A stretch of 32,324 nucleotides of DNA. It comes from Candidatus Micrarchaeota archaeon. Lineage in GTDB: Archaea; Micrarchaeota; Micrarchaeia; Norongarragalinales; JACRGE01. The notes below the pieces were generated by a model. It was given only the letters and a program-made list of their open reading frames with translations, ran no database searches and was not told where the DNA came from. A program made the position numbers and the translations under genes. Below are positions 1 through 9,215 of this stretch, piece after piece. The stretch covers positions 1 to 32,324 of the forward strand of contig JACRGE010000013.1 in the NCBI GenBank assembly GCA_016212465.1. Direction: 5' to 3'. Within the stretch, counting starts at the first letter, position 1. Every line of letters starts with the position of its first letter.

Positions 1-731
1 CGCGGCGCTAAATAATATGTTAGTCTCGCATGCTTTATCTGGTAGGAAAGCTTTATAGGCATGTCTGTTTTGAGATTCATTTCTAGTATTTCCTCTTCCG
101 GGCAAGCGCGGGTCATGTCATCAAGGTATTCGTAAGGAAACATCGCTCGACTGGGAGCAGACGACTTCAACTCTGCGATGTTCTCAGATTTCTTGGGTGT
201 TTCAATGCGGAGTTCGCCGCTGTCGCCATGAGCTTCGACCACGAATTCCTCCCCTCCAGCTTCTAGTACAACGTGCGATGAAAGAAGCCCAGCGTCCTTC
301 AGCATCTCCTTCAGGGCGCCGCCACGGATCCTGACAATCGAATCCGCTTGGATCCTAGGCTCCTTTGGCGCAACTCCGCCCAAATCAAGCAAGGGGAGCT
401 TGAAATACCGTTTTGACTGGCCCTCAAACTTAAGCAATATCCTTGATTCCTTTTCGTCAAGCGAGATCGTAAGCTTCTCCTCGCTCCTGCTTCTCGCCAG
501 GATTTTGGAGAGATCAACAAGATTTATTCCAACAGTCCGCTCTTCCTCAACGTCGAACCCACTGAACGCTTCTTTCGGAAGCAGGAAATCCACCATGGCT
601 ATCTGGGACGGGTCCATGGTCCTCAGGTGAAGCCCGTTTTTGGTGACCTCCAAAGAGCCCTCGTCCACCAGGTTCACGACTGCATCAATGCATGACTTGA
701 AAAACCTCGCGTCGTCAACAACAATCTCCAT
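1..731 (-). CDS. pcn: DNA polymerase sliding clamp PCNA, C-terminal end cut by the window edge
   Basis: Minus-strand translation from ATG at 731 reads MEIVVDDARFFKSCIDAVVNLVDEGSLEVTKNGLHLRTMDPSQIAMVDF...FKLPLLDLGG...LKLSYQIKHARLTYYLAP and meets no stop before position 1. This matches archaeal PCNA over its full length and ends in the typical YLAP C-terminal motif. The ORF track misses it because it is not stop-terminated inside the window. Confidence 0.8.
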   Translation of the reverse strand, partial: MEIVVDDARFFKSCIDAVVNLVDEGSLEVTKNGLHLRTMDPSQIAMVDFLLPKEAFSGFDVEEERTVGINLVDLSKILARSRSEEKLTISLDEKESRILLKFEGQSKRYFKLPLLDLGGVAPKEPRIQADSIVRIRGGALKEMLKDAGLLSSHVVLEAGGEEFVVEAHGDSGELRIETPKKSENIAELKSSAPSRAMFPYEYLDDMTRACPEEEILEMNLKTDMPIKLSYQIKHARLTYYLAP

Positions 732-915
732 TCAACCCACCTCTACAGAGAATTCAAAAGCCAATAGCAACCAGTAGTTTAAGGCAATAAATTATTAAAT
801 GACTTTATTTGATGACGCTGAGACGCAAAACTTCGAAGGAGATAATAAAATCAATCAGCTATTTAATTAGTAAAAACCAAAAGCGTTGATGTGACGCAAT
901 CCATAAGGTTTATAC

Positions 916-3306
916 ATGGGCACGGAATCTGAAGAGAAAGCATACCTGTTAATGGGTTTGCTGGCTTGCTCTGCACTTTTAATATATGCTGAATTGATAA
1001 ACGGATACCCGTTCCTGAACGACGACAACTATTCGCAGTTCTTGCCTGCGTTGCTTGTAGGGTTGAAGCAGCTGTTTGCTGGAACCATTCCCTTTATCAA
1101 CATGCACCAGATTGCTGGAACCCCCTTGCTTGAGATAGGGACTTACCCATTCTTCTATCCAGGAACAGTGGTTTCGTACCTTATATCCCACTGGTTCATT
1201 CAAGATGATTTCTCGCTAATTGAGGTTTTCGTCGTCACTCACCTGTTGCTTGGCTTCGTTGCAACATTCTATTTGGTGAAAAAACTTTGTGCGTCGAACC
1301 CCTTCGCATTCTTGGGGGGGATTGGGGCTTCGCTGTCTGGGTATATGATAATTGTTTCATCAAATTGGTACTATGCGGCGCCCACTGCATTTTTTCTGCC
1401 CCTTATATTCTTGCTGCAGGCCAAGAATTTGGAGGCGCCGTCCAAACGGAATGCTGTTGCAATGGGTCTAACAAGAGGCGTTTACTTCCTTTCCGGAAAC
1501 GTCCAGTACTTCGCATACTCCTTGTTCTTTGAACTCATATTCTTTGCGCTTTGGATGCTGCAGACGCCTGCTAAAAAAACGCATTCAACAATCAAAAGAG
1601 AGAGACTAACCAATTATATCCTTTCTTTGGCTATTTCCGGTGCAGTTGCACTTCCATTTGGGCTTATGATGTTATACAACACAGCCCACAGCTATGGCAG
1701 AACCGGGGCTGCTGGTCTAAGCGCGTATCTGACGACTCCGACTGCCAACCCAATAGACTTTTTCTTTGGCAACCTTTTGCCGTATCCATTCTATGGGGCA
1801 ATATTCAAATTCGCGAATTCGCCGTCTTCCTTCGGCAACATTTATTTCACTGGAGCCATATTCTTTTTAGCTGCAATCCTTGGAGGGATTCTTCTTTGGC
1901 GCAGGCACGGAAATAATCTTTTGGTCAAATACCCGTTTGCGACGCTTGCGTTGGTTGCGGCATTGCTCTCGTTCGGCGCATATGGCGGGCTGCACCTGCT
2001 TTTCCTACTCATTCCCATCTGGAACAAATTTAGCTGTCCCTTCAAGCTCGCGCTTTACGCAGATTTTTTCATCGTCCTTTTTGGTGTTCAGGTGCTTACA
2101 CAATTTTCTGGACGCTTTTCTGATGGAAGGTTCAAGAAAATGGTTTTGTTTGCGTTAAGTGTTTTCTTCCTCGGCCTAATGTTTTTGCAAGTGCATTACT
2201 CGTCAAAGACTCACTTCACTTACTTCAGCGACAGGCTTCCGTTGAACAGAAGCGAATTCAGCCAGTTTGCTGACGGGCGCACAGTAGCCTATTACACGAA
2301 CAGCTATTACGCTCCAGAAAACGGGCTCAGGCACGGAAAGCTGAATCACAGCGACTCGTCTTTCATGACAAGGAACTTTGCGAGCTACTATGAATTATAC
2401 AGCATCACGGGTTATGAGCCGTTGCAATCGGTTTCCCAAGTAACCAAGATACCGGTTCCCTGGGACAATATTGAGGGGCGCAGAGTTTCGCTCCAGTGGT
2501 TGTCTGAGTGGAGCGTCAAGTATTTGTTCGTCGCCTGCGACTCTCTCAAATACCATCCAGAACTCTGGAACCTTACTGTAGTCAAGAGTCTTGGAGAGAA
2601 GGGACTCGCCATATTAAAAAACGATGAAGCAAAATCCATCGTATTCTGCCAAGGAAACGGAAGGGTATCCTATTCATTTAAGGACAACGGACTTGAATTG
2701 AAGGCAAGGCTTGGATGCCCAGCCAACTGCACGGCAAGCGTTTTATACAACAAAAACTACAGATTGACGTTAAATGGGGAAGTGATTCCGCTCAAAGAAG
2801 ACGGCTTGGGCCGCATAGTGTTCGAGCTTCCAGCAGGTGAGAGCGAGGCGAGGCTTTACTACGAAAACAAACTATTTGAATATGGTGTATTTCTTGGGGT
2901 TGTTCTCCTTTTAATCATCCTCTTATTTTTCAGCTGGATTGAATCCATTATCAGCGGTTTGCTTGAATTCGTGACGCATAGAGTCAGAACAAGAACGTTA
3001 GCAATATTGGTTGGCCTCGTATTTCTCCTCCTGCTCGCAAGGGACATTTCAACGTTTCCTTTAGGCGTTCCAATCGATTGCTTAAGCAAACACAAGGCCA
3101 GTGCCGGAGAGGTATTCAAGTGCACGCGGCAGGGCCTGATTGAGGCAGGGGCCATGCGGCCTGATGTAACTGCGTTGAACAAAATCTCCACTCCCGTGGA
3201 AGAACCCTTTGAAAAAAAGCTGCGGCCGCCGCAGTGCAGTGAAGAGCTCAGAGTATTATCAAATACGGGCAACTCGACCAACGCACTAGCATTTCCATGG
3301 ACTTGA
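916..3306 (+). CDS. polytopic membrane protein of the GT-C glycosyltransferase type (YfhO/ArnT-like)
   Basis: 796 aa. More than 10 predicted TM helices at the N-terminus, an acidic NDDNY motif in the first extracytoplasmic loop, a large non-TM domain, then two C-terminal TM helices. No WWDYG (AglB/STT3) motif was seen. Confidence 0.5.
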   Translation: MGTESEEKAYLLMGLLACSALLIYAELINGYPFLNDDNYSQFLPALLVGLKQLFAGTIPFINMHQIAGTPLLEIGTYPFFYPGTVVSYLISHWFIQDDFSLIEVFVVTHLLLGFVATFYLVKKLCASNPFAFLGGIGASLSGYMIIVSSNWYYAAPTAFFLPLIFLLQAKNLEAPSKRNAVAMGLTRGVYFLSGNVQYFAYSLFFELIFFALWMLQTPAKKTHSTIKRERLTNYILSLAISGAVALPFGLMMLYNTAHSYGRTGAAGLSAYLTTPTANPIDFFFGNLLPYPFYGAIFKFANSPSSFGNIYFTGAIFFLAAILGGILLWRRHGNNLLVKYPFATLALVAALLSFGAYGGLHLLFLLIPIWNKFSCPFKLALYADFFIVLFGVQVLTQFSGRFSDGRFKKMVLFALSVFFLGLMFLQVHYSSKTHFTYFSDRLPLNRSEFSQFADGRTVAYYTNSYYAPENGLRHGKLNHSDSSFMTRNFASYYELYSITGYEPLQSVSQVTKIPVPWDNIEGRRVSLQWLSEWSVKYLFVACDSLKYHPELWNLTVVKSLGEKGLAILKNDEAKSIVFCQGNGRVSYSFKDNGLELKARLGCPANCTASVLYNKNYRLTLNGEVIPLKEDGLGRIVFELPAGESEARLYYENKLFEYGVFLGVVLLLIILLFFSWIESIISGLLEFVTHRVRTRTLAILVGLVFLLLLARDISTFPLGVPIDCLSKHKASAGEVFKCTRQGLIEAGAMRPDVTALNKISTPVEEPFEKKLRPPQCSEELRVLSNTGNSTNALAFPWT

Positions 3307-3317
3307 AAAACTCCAGC

Positions 3318-3944
3318 TTAATCACTTATTTCATAGCTCTTGATCAAACTCAGCTCTTCCTTTTCGCTAAGCGCATAAATTGAAAAGCGATCAAAATGAA
3401 ATGGTGAGTCAAGGCTTTCATTTTTAACCAGTTCCCAGGCGTTATGGAATTTGCTTGGGTCAATAGAGGCAAGAGAGAAATGGGGAATCAAAATATCACC
3501 GACAAACGGATAACCATATTCTCTCACGTTCTTCGCCAGAGCTTCTGGAAACGAATTAATCTTCTCCAAATAACGTTTTGGAATTGTTTTGGTGCGATAA
3601 GCCCTCAGACTATTGACCAGATTCACTTGAGCCCTCCTAATGGACTCAAGACTTTCTTTCTCTAGCATGCATACGATAGTCTCTTTTCCGGTTACGCTGT
3701 CATTAGAGAAAACGCTCCACTCCCTGACCCTAAAACTTTTTTTCTTGAGGCTCGCAGCGAATTTTTTCACGATGGTTTCAATGTCGGAAAAGCTCTTGAA
3801 ATCAGCTATATAGAGAGTGAGGTGTGGCTCGTCATCCAAATAAGTTTGTGGCCCAACCAAATTCCTTATACGCTTCTTTAGACGCATAAAGTGGTCATAA
3901 ATCCTTTGTTCTGGAATCAAGGCAAAAACCAGGAGCATGCACAC
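3318..3944 (-). CDS. 2H phosphoesterase superfamily protein (LigT/ThpR-like)
   Basis: Two H-x-T/S-x motifs, EPHLTLY and IPHFSLA, spaced as in 2'-5' RNA ligase and cyclic phosphodiesterase family members. Confidence 0.6.
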   Translation of the reverse strand: MCMLLVFALIPEQRIYDHFMRLKKRIRNLVGPQTYLDDEPHLTLYIADFKSFSDIETIVKKFAASLKKKSFRVREWSVFSNDSVTGKETIVCMLEKESLESIRRAQVNLVNSLRAYRTKTIPKRYLEKINSFPEALAKNVREYGYPFVGDILIPHFSLASIDPSKFHNAWELVKNESLDSPFHFDRFSIYALSEKEELSLIKSYEISD

Positions 3945-4039
3945 CCCTTTCTCAAATCTATCTTCAGGTTTTTAAGGAATAACCACAATTTAATATGTAG
4001 GGTTTGAAGGAAAGGGCATTTGAAACGGCCTAACAGACG

Positions 4040-4825
4040 GTGGGTCTATTGATCAACTTGATTCCGATGGCTGGATTAGGAAAAAGATTTGCCGACGAAG
4101 GCTATGCCTTGCCCAAGCCGCTCATTCCGGTTTCAGGCAAGCCCATGATAGTAATGGCCTTGAGCATGATGCCGAAGGCGGACATAACAATTCTCGTTTG
4201 CAGGAAGGAGCATGTCGAGCAATATCATATTGACAAGGAGATAAGCAAGCACATTTCCAACGTGCATTGTATTCCAATAGATTTCAACACAGAAGGCCAG
4301 GCGTGCACCTGTCTCTTGGCAAGGGATTTCATTGATACGAACGAACCTCTTTTCATCGGCGCGTGCGACAACGGCATGCTGTGGGATGAAAAAAAGTTTA
4401 AAGAACTCACTGAAGAAAAGGATTCTGACGTGGTGTGCTGGGCGTTCAAGGGACAAAATAATGTTTTGTTAAATCCAAACGCATGGGGCTGGATAAAAAC
4501 GAGAGAAGATGGAAAAACGATTGAAAGAGTTTCGGTAAAGGTTCCAGTCAGCGACAAGATTCTGAATGACCCTGCTGTAATCGGCTCTTTCTGGTTCAGG
4601 ACGGGGAAATTGTTCATTGAAATAGCAGAGGACTTGATTAAAAACAATATCCGGGTCAACAACGAGTTCTATGTTGATAGTTGCGTCGGTCATGCAATCA
4701 AGAGGGGTTATACCTCAAAGGTCTTCATCGTCGACCAATACGTGGGGTGGGGCACGCCCAAGGACTTGAGGGAATACGAGTTCTGGGAAAAGTACTTCTG
4801 TTTGAACAAAAGGTGTTCATTGTGA
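4040..4825 (+). CDS. nucleotidyltransferase (sugar-phosphate or alcohol-phosphate cytidylyltransferase-like, LicC/IspD/TarI-type)
   Basis: N-terminal LIPMAGLGKRF glycine-rich loop (G-x-G-K-R-F) followed by the architecture of small NDP-sugar/CDP-alcohol pyrophosphorylases. GTG start at 4040. The stop overlaps the next gene's start (GTGA). Confidence 0.6.
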   Translation: MGLLINLIPMAGLGKRFADEGYALPKPLIPVSGKPMIVMALSMMPKADITILVCRKEHVEQYHIDKEISKHISNVHCIPIDFNTEGQACTCLLARDFIDTNEPLFIGACDNGMLWDEKKFKELTEEKDSDVVCWAFKGQNNVLLNPNAWGWIKTREDGKTIERVSVKVPVSDKILNDPAVIGSFWFRTGKLFIEIAEDLIKNNIRVNNEFYVDSCVGHAIKRGYTSKVFIVDQYVGWGTPKDLREYEFWEKYFCLNKRCSL

Positions 4826-5547
4826 AGCCAGTTCTTTCAGTGGTCGCGCCGTGTTACAACGAGGAGAAAAGCGTTCCCTTAATTGCCCAAGCATTCTCTA
4901 CGGCGATCGGAAAGAGAAGGGGCATTGAAGTAATTCTGGTGGACAACGGCTCGGCTGATGGAACGCAGACTGAGATAAAAAAGCAGGCAAAAAAATATTC
5001 TTTCATTAAATTGGTAGTAGTCAAGAAAAACATCGGTTATGGATTCGGTATTCATTCAGGGTTAAAGCATGCTGCAGGAGAATATGTGGTATGGACGCAC
5101 GCGGATCTTCAAACAAATCCAGCGGACGTAATCAAGGCGCTTGAAATCATTCTCAAGCAAGAAAAGCCTGAAAAATGTTTTGTGAAAGGAAAAAGAAAGG
5201 GGCGGCCGTTCTTCGATGTTTTTTTCACTCTTGGCATGGCGGTATTCGAGTCTGTTCTCCTCCGGAAGGTTTTGTACGACATCAACGCCCAACCAAATCT
5301 CTTCCACAGGTCATTCTTAGAAAAAGTCCCGAACCCCCCAAACGATTTTTCCTTTGACCTATATTTCTATTACATGGCAAAAAGAATGGGATACAAAACA
5401 ATACGTTTTCCAGTTGAATTCAGGAAAAGGGTTTTCGGTCAATCACACTGGAACACTGGGCTTAAACAAACGTGGAAGTTCATAAAGAGAACCCTAGAGT
5501 ATTCAATTAAATTAAGGAAGTCACTGGAGGAGGAGTCGCATGCTTAA
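4822..5547 (+). CDS. family-2 glycosyltransferase, polyprenyl/dolichyl-phosphate sugar synthase-like (GtrB/CsbB/DPM1-like)
   Basis: LSVVAPCYNEEKSV, ILVDNGSADGT and THADLQ motifs match the GT2 DxD fold. I take the GTG at 4822 as the start (4-nt GTGA overlap with the upstream stop). The track ORF beginning at 4681 is an upstream extension that would overlap the previous CDS. Confidence 0.65.
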   Translation: MKPVLSVVAPCYNEEKSVPLIAQAFSTAIGKRRGIEVILVDNGSADGTQTEIKKQAKKYSFIKLVVVKKNIGYGFGIHSGLKHAAGEYVVWTHADLQTNPADVIKALEIILKQEKPEKCFVKGKRKGRPFFDVFFTLGMAVFESVLLRKVLYDINAQPNLFHRSFLEKVPNPPNDFSFDLYFYYMAKRMGYKTIRFPVEFRKRVFGQSHWNTGLKQTWKFIKRTLEYSIKLRKSLEEESHA

Positions 5548-6127
5548 GATAATCCACCGCGTAAACACCATCAAAGAATTAAATAAAATTCCAAAGGAGC
5601 TTGGGGTGGAGGTTGATGTCAGGAGCTGTGGAAAAGAACTTATTCTCAACCACGAGCCTTCTCGGTCAGGAGACTTGCTTGATGATTATCTGACGAATTT
5701 TGGGCATGCATTCATTATATTGGAAATAAAGGAAGAGGGAATTGAGCAAAGAGTGATTGATTTATGCAAGAAGCACGGCGTTGACAACTATTTTCTTCTC
5801 AGTGTGTCTTTTCCATTTATTTACTTGCTTTCAAAGAAAGGTTTTAAAAAGCTCGCGCTACGCTTCTCTGAATTCGAGTCCATTGAAACCTGTTTGGCCA
5901 TGAGAGGAGAAGCAGAGTGGGTGTGGGCGGATACATTTGAGAAAAATCCATTGAAAAAAGAAGCTTATGAAAAACTGAAGGAAGCTGGATTCAGGATTTG
6001 CTTCGTTTGCCCATCGCGCTGGGGCAGGCCGCATGATATAAGAAATTATAATAATTACTTTAAAGAAAACGGTATTGAGCTGGATGCAGTCATGACCTCA
6101 GCAAAATACTTGGCGGAGTGGGGCTAA
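5540..6127 (+). CDS. GDPD/PLC-like phosphodiesterase superfamily protein
   Basis: N-terminal IIHRVNT...EVDVR...ILNHE resembles the HR...E.D...HD catalytic pattern of glycerophosphodiester phosphodiesterases, in a shortened 195-aa form. The start overlaps the upstream stop (ATGCTTAA). Confidence 0.4.
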   Translation: MLKIIHRVNTIKELNKIPKELGVEVDVRSCGKELILNHEPSRSGDLLDDYLTNFGHAFIILEIKEEGIEQRVIDLCKKHGVDNYFLLSVSFPFIYLLSKKGFKKLALRFSEFESIETCLAMRGEAEWVWADTFEKNPLKKEAYEKLKEAGFRICFVCPSRWGRPHDIRNYNNYFKENGIELDAVMTSAKYLAEWG

Positions 6128-6137
6128 TCCTCGCGAG

Positions 6138-8585
6138 ATGGATTTTTTTAATTTTAATAGTTTAAATATCTCTATTTATTTCTCAAGTGATTGGATGGAA
6201 GCAGAGGAAAAAATAATTGCACTATTTAACCCGCTCATGAGAAGGTTTTTCCGCAAGGAGCCTGGTTTCAACGAAAGAGTACGACTTTTGTTTAACTATG
6301 TTTTGAAAAACCAGTTTCTCAGGTTTTGTTTAGTCGGCGGGATTGCGACCATAGTCAACTATGCAGTTTTTCTTCTGTTTCTGTTGTTCTTCCACATCAA
6401 CTATCTCGTTTCCTCTGCTGTGGGATATGTTTCAGGCGTTTTTGTAGGATTCGACTTGAACAAGAAATTCACTTTCAAATCCGAGTCGAAGGAGTACTAC
6501 TCGGAAGTGATGGAGTACTTCGCGGTTTATACCATTTCGCTTTTTCTGGGTTTGGGCTTCCTGGCTTTTCTGGTAAACCTTAAACTGAATGTACTGCTTG
6601 CAAACGTTTTTTCCATAGCCCTCACCACGATGACCAATTTCTTGGGCGTGAAGTTCTTTGTTTTCAGCGATGCGGTATTTCATAAAAAAATAAATTTCTT
6701 GATCTACAGGTACCGTTATCTCCTAAATTACATGATCATTGGACTAAGTTCTATTATCGTCGAGATTGCCATCCTCTACTTCCTCGGACTGGGTTACGGC
6801 GATTTTTACCTTAAACTGCCTATCGGATTTTTGTCTGGTGTGTTGTTCAGCTACTACCTGAATGCAAAGCTCAACTTCAAGGTTCCAAAGGAAAAGAATT
6901 GGAGAACCTTCCGAATATTCCTCATAATTTCCGTATTCGCTTTTGCGTTAAACCTGCTTTTAATGAAGGTTATATACGGTCTGTTCATTTTCTCAAACTA
7001 CTCTGTTTCAAGACTCTTTACTTCCGCATGTATTTTCATGATAAGCTACTCGCTTCACAGGAGATTCACCTTCACTGACGTAAAGGAGGTTGGCGTCGCA
7101 ATTTATCTTTCAGATGGGGAAGATCTTGGGGAGATAAAGTCCAAAGTAAAACACTACCCGGATTTCATTCACTTGGATTTAGTGGACAAAACATATGCTC
7201 CTAGTGCAGCCAAAGTAGATCTCGATATGGCTGAACAGGTAGCGAGGGAATGGCCCCTTCTCCCCAAGATGCTTCACGTAATGTCTCGCCATCCAATCAA
7301 ATGGATTGAATCTGCTCACACGCAAGCCGATTACATCGTCTTCCACGCGGAAAGTGATGAAGACCCAAACAAGGTTATAAGTCTTTGCAGAAGACTCGGC
7401 AAAAAAGTCGGCATTTCCGTTCGAGTGGACACGAATCTGAAAGAAATCGAGAAATATTTCAGCAAAGTAGATCTTGTTCAAATACTGGGCATAAGGAACC
7501 CAGGCTATTCCAACCAGCACATGGAGGCCGAGGCGTTGGAGAAACTGCGCGAGCTCAACCAATACAGGAAGAGATATCCCTTTGAAGTCTGCATGGACGG
7601 CGGGGTCAAGCTCACCAACATCCACTTGATTGATGCGAGATATATCGTGTCAGCTTCCTCCGTGCTGAAATCAAGCGATTCGGTGAAAGCAATCTATGAT
7701 TTAAAGACCAGCGCCAGGTATTTCTACGATTACGACAAGAATTTCGTGAAGTTCATTGAAACTGAAGTCAAAAACGCTGTGGAGCGGCTTGATTTCATTG
7801 AATCTGGAACGTTTGTAGGCTCATTCGCCGAAAAACCGGGGCTCGAGGGCATCGCGGACATAGACGTAGTAATCATAGTGGATAAGCTAACCAGACAAAA
7901 ATATGGGAAGTTGTTGGCTCAGTTTGAGGAATTGAAGGAAATAATCAAAACTGATTTCGGCTATGACCCTGTAGTAAACCCGACTTTTGGCCCATTGAAA
8001 TTCAATTCAAGCGAAAAATCCGTTGTCCTTCATGTGATGATATACGACATAGCCGGGCACGTGGAGCACTGCAAGGAAAGTCCTTTCACATGCTTGGACT
8101 GGCAACGGTCGCCCCGCTATTTCAAGAAACCCATGTCATACTTCTGCGAAGTAACGTGCCTCAAGCCAAACGATTTCTTCAACGCCAGGCGCTCGGTGAG
8201 CGACTACTTGAAGGACCTCAAGAACTCCAGGATCTCCTACAGGGAATACGAGTTCAACGGCACTGCAACTAAACAAGTGAAGAAATACGTTCCAATGGGC
8301 AATAGGGACCGCTTTGAGTTCTCTTATCACATCATGAAATTCTGCATGCTGAATTTCCTGAAGCTCTACACTAAAAGCAATTACTGGGGCTCACCAGAGG
8401 GGATTGTGGATTCTTATTTCGACGTGTTTGGAGTTAATGCCGAGCAGCACAAAAAGTTTTTCTTTGACTTGCGTGAATTCAAGTTGCAGAACCGGTTCCC
8501 GAATTGGTCTGACAAGCACGAGGCAGGCATTTACGAATTCCTGAAAGACTTCGAAACCCAGTTCAAGGGATATTTCTATGACTAA
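6138..8585 (+). CDS. multidomain membrane protein: two GtrA-like 4-TM modules + ribulose-phosphate-3-epimerase-like TIM barrel + pol-beta-superfamily nucleotidyltransferase-fold (LicD/fukutin- or MNT-like) domain
   Basis: Residues ~60-180 and ~190-310 each form a GtrA-like set of helices (FCLVGGIATIVNYAVF...; YRYLLNYMIIGLSSIIVEIAILYF...). Residues ~320-520 carry IHLDLVDKTY, LHVMS, FHAESD, ILGIRNPGYSNQ and CMDGGVK, which line up with the RPE motifs H-x-D, HLMV, FH-E, NPGFGGQ and VDGGV. Residues ~560-600 read GTFVGSFAEKPGLEGIADIDVVIIVD, i.e. the G[ST]xxG...DxD nucleotidyltransferase-fold motif. Confidence 0.6.
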   Translation: MDFFNFNSLNISIYFSSDWMEAEEKIIALFNPLMRRFFRKEPGFNERVRLLFNYVLKNQFLRFCLVGGIATIVNYAVFLLFLLFFHINYLVSSAVGYVSGVFVGFDLNKKFTFKSESKEYYSEVMEYFAVYTISLFLGLGFLAFLVNLKLNVLLANVFSIALTTMTNFLGVKFFVFSDAVFHKKINFLIYRYRYLLNYMIIGLSSIIVEIAILYFLGLGYGDFYLKLPIGFLSGVLFSYYLNAKLNFKVPKEKNWRTFRIFLIISVFAFALNLLLMKVIYGLFIFSNYSVSRLFTSACIFMISYSLHRRFTFTDVKEVGVAIYLSDGEDLGEIKSKVKHYPDFIHLDLVDKTYAPSAAKVDLDMAEQVAREWPLLPKMLHVMSRHPIKWIESAHTQADYIVFHAESDEDPNKVISLCRRLGKKVGISVRVDTNLKEIEKYFSKVDLVQILGIRNPGYSNQHMEAEALEKLRELNQYRKRYPFEVCMDGGVKLTNIHLIDARYIVSASSVLKSSDSVKAIYDLKTSARYFYDYDKNFVKFIETEVKNAVERLDFIESGTFVGSFAEKPGLEGIADIDVVIIVDKLTRQKYGKLLAQFEELKEIIKTDFGYDPVVNPTFGPLKFNSSEKSVVLHVMIYDIAGHVEHCKESPFTCLDWQRSPRYFKKPMSYFCEVTCLKPNDFFNARRSVSDYLKDLKNSRISYREYEFNGTATKQVKKYVPMGNRDRFEFSYHIMKFCMLNFLKLYTKSNYWGSPEGIVDSYFDVFGVNAEQHKKFFFDLREFKLQNRFPNWSDKHEAGIYEFLKDFETQFKGYFYD

Positions 8586-9210
8586 ACTCTATTTCATCAG
8601 ACACCCCAAGATCGGCTTGAATGTTGGAACCAAGTTTGTCGGTCAACGCACGGACGCAGAGGCTTCCTTGAATGAACCTGAGTTGAACGCGTTGTGGAGT
8701 AAACTAAGGGACAAGATTATAAGCTCGATATTCACTTCCCCACTCAGAAGGTGCTTGGACACTGCGAGGCGCATCCAGGAAAAAAGCGGCATTCCTCAAA
8801 TAACAATCGACAACAACCTAAAGGAAATAGATTACGGCGAAGCAGACGGGAAGGACTTGGAGTTCTTGAAAAAGAACTATCCTAGGATAATTAGGGAATG
8901 GAGTGAGGGAAAAGACCCGCGCTTTCCAGGCGGGGAAAATTATGCGGACGTTTTGCAGAGAGTAAATTCGTTCCTTGCCAATTTCAAAAAAGGGCTTAAG
9001 CAAAATTGCGTGGTTTTCACTCACAACGTTTTTTTGCGGGTGTTGCTTGGTTCGCAGTTGAACATCCCGAGAAATAGATGGTATAAAATAAGGATTGAAC
9101 ACCTAGACCCCTACGAGGTGATAGTCACGAGAGACGGTAAGGTGTTCGTCAATTTGTCCAAGGAGCAGTCAGACAATTTGTTTTCAAGCCTGTGCGTCCA
9201 AACAAAGTGA
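8578..9210 (+). CDS. histidine phosphatase superfamily (phosphoglycerate-mutase-like) protein
   Basis: LYFIRHPK near the N-terminus, SPLRRCLDTA, EIDYGEADG and VVFTHNVFLRVL match the RHG, SPL-R and H motifs of the family. Overlaps the upstream stop (ATGACTAA). Confidence 0.55.
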   Translation: MTKLYFIRHPKIGLNVGTKFVGQRTDAEASLNEPELNALWSKLRDKIISSIFTSPLRRCLDTARRIQEKSGIPQITIDNNLKEIDYGEADGKDLEFLKKNYPRIIREWSEGKDPRFPGGENYADVLQRVNSFLANFKKGLKQNCVVFTHNVFLRVLLGSQLNIPRNRWYKIRIEHLDPYEVIVTRDGKVFVNLSKEQSDNLFSSLCVQTK

Positions 9211-9215
9211 AAACC

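Noticed and set aside
311-630. Two small ORFs (69 aa on minus, 76 aa on plus) reported by the ORF track
   Set aside because: Both lie inside the PCNA coding region, which was missed by the track because it runs off the window edge. They are in other frames and have low-complexity translations.
916-3306. The GT-C protein as the oligosaccharyltransferase AglB/STT3
   Set aside because: No WWDYG motif or DK/MI motif is found. The architecture (large N-terminal TM bundle, a soluble domain, then C-terminal TM helices) fits YfhO/ArnT-like GT-C enzymes better.
4225-4662. 145-aa minus-strand ORF (and the 107-aa and 74-aa ORFs nearby) antisense to the nucleotidyltransferase gene
   Set aside because: They lie entirely inside a well-supported plus-strand CDS with clear family motifs. 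They have no motifs of their own and a low-complexity composition, so they are frame-shadow ORFs.
4681-4821. Upstream extension of the GT2 ORF starting at 4681
   Set aside because: It would overlap the last 145 nt of the nucleotidyltransferase CDS in another frame. The GT2 homology begins at VKPVLSVVAPCYNEE, and a GTG at 4822 gives the classic GTGA stop/start overlap.
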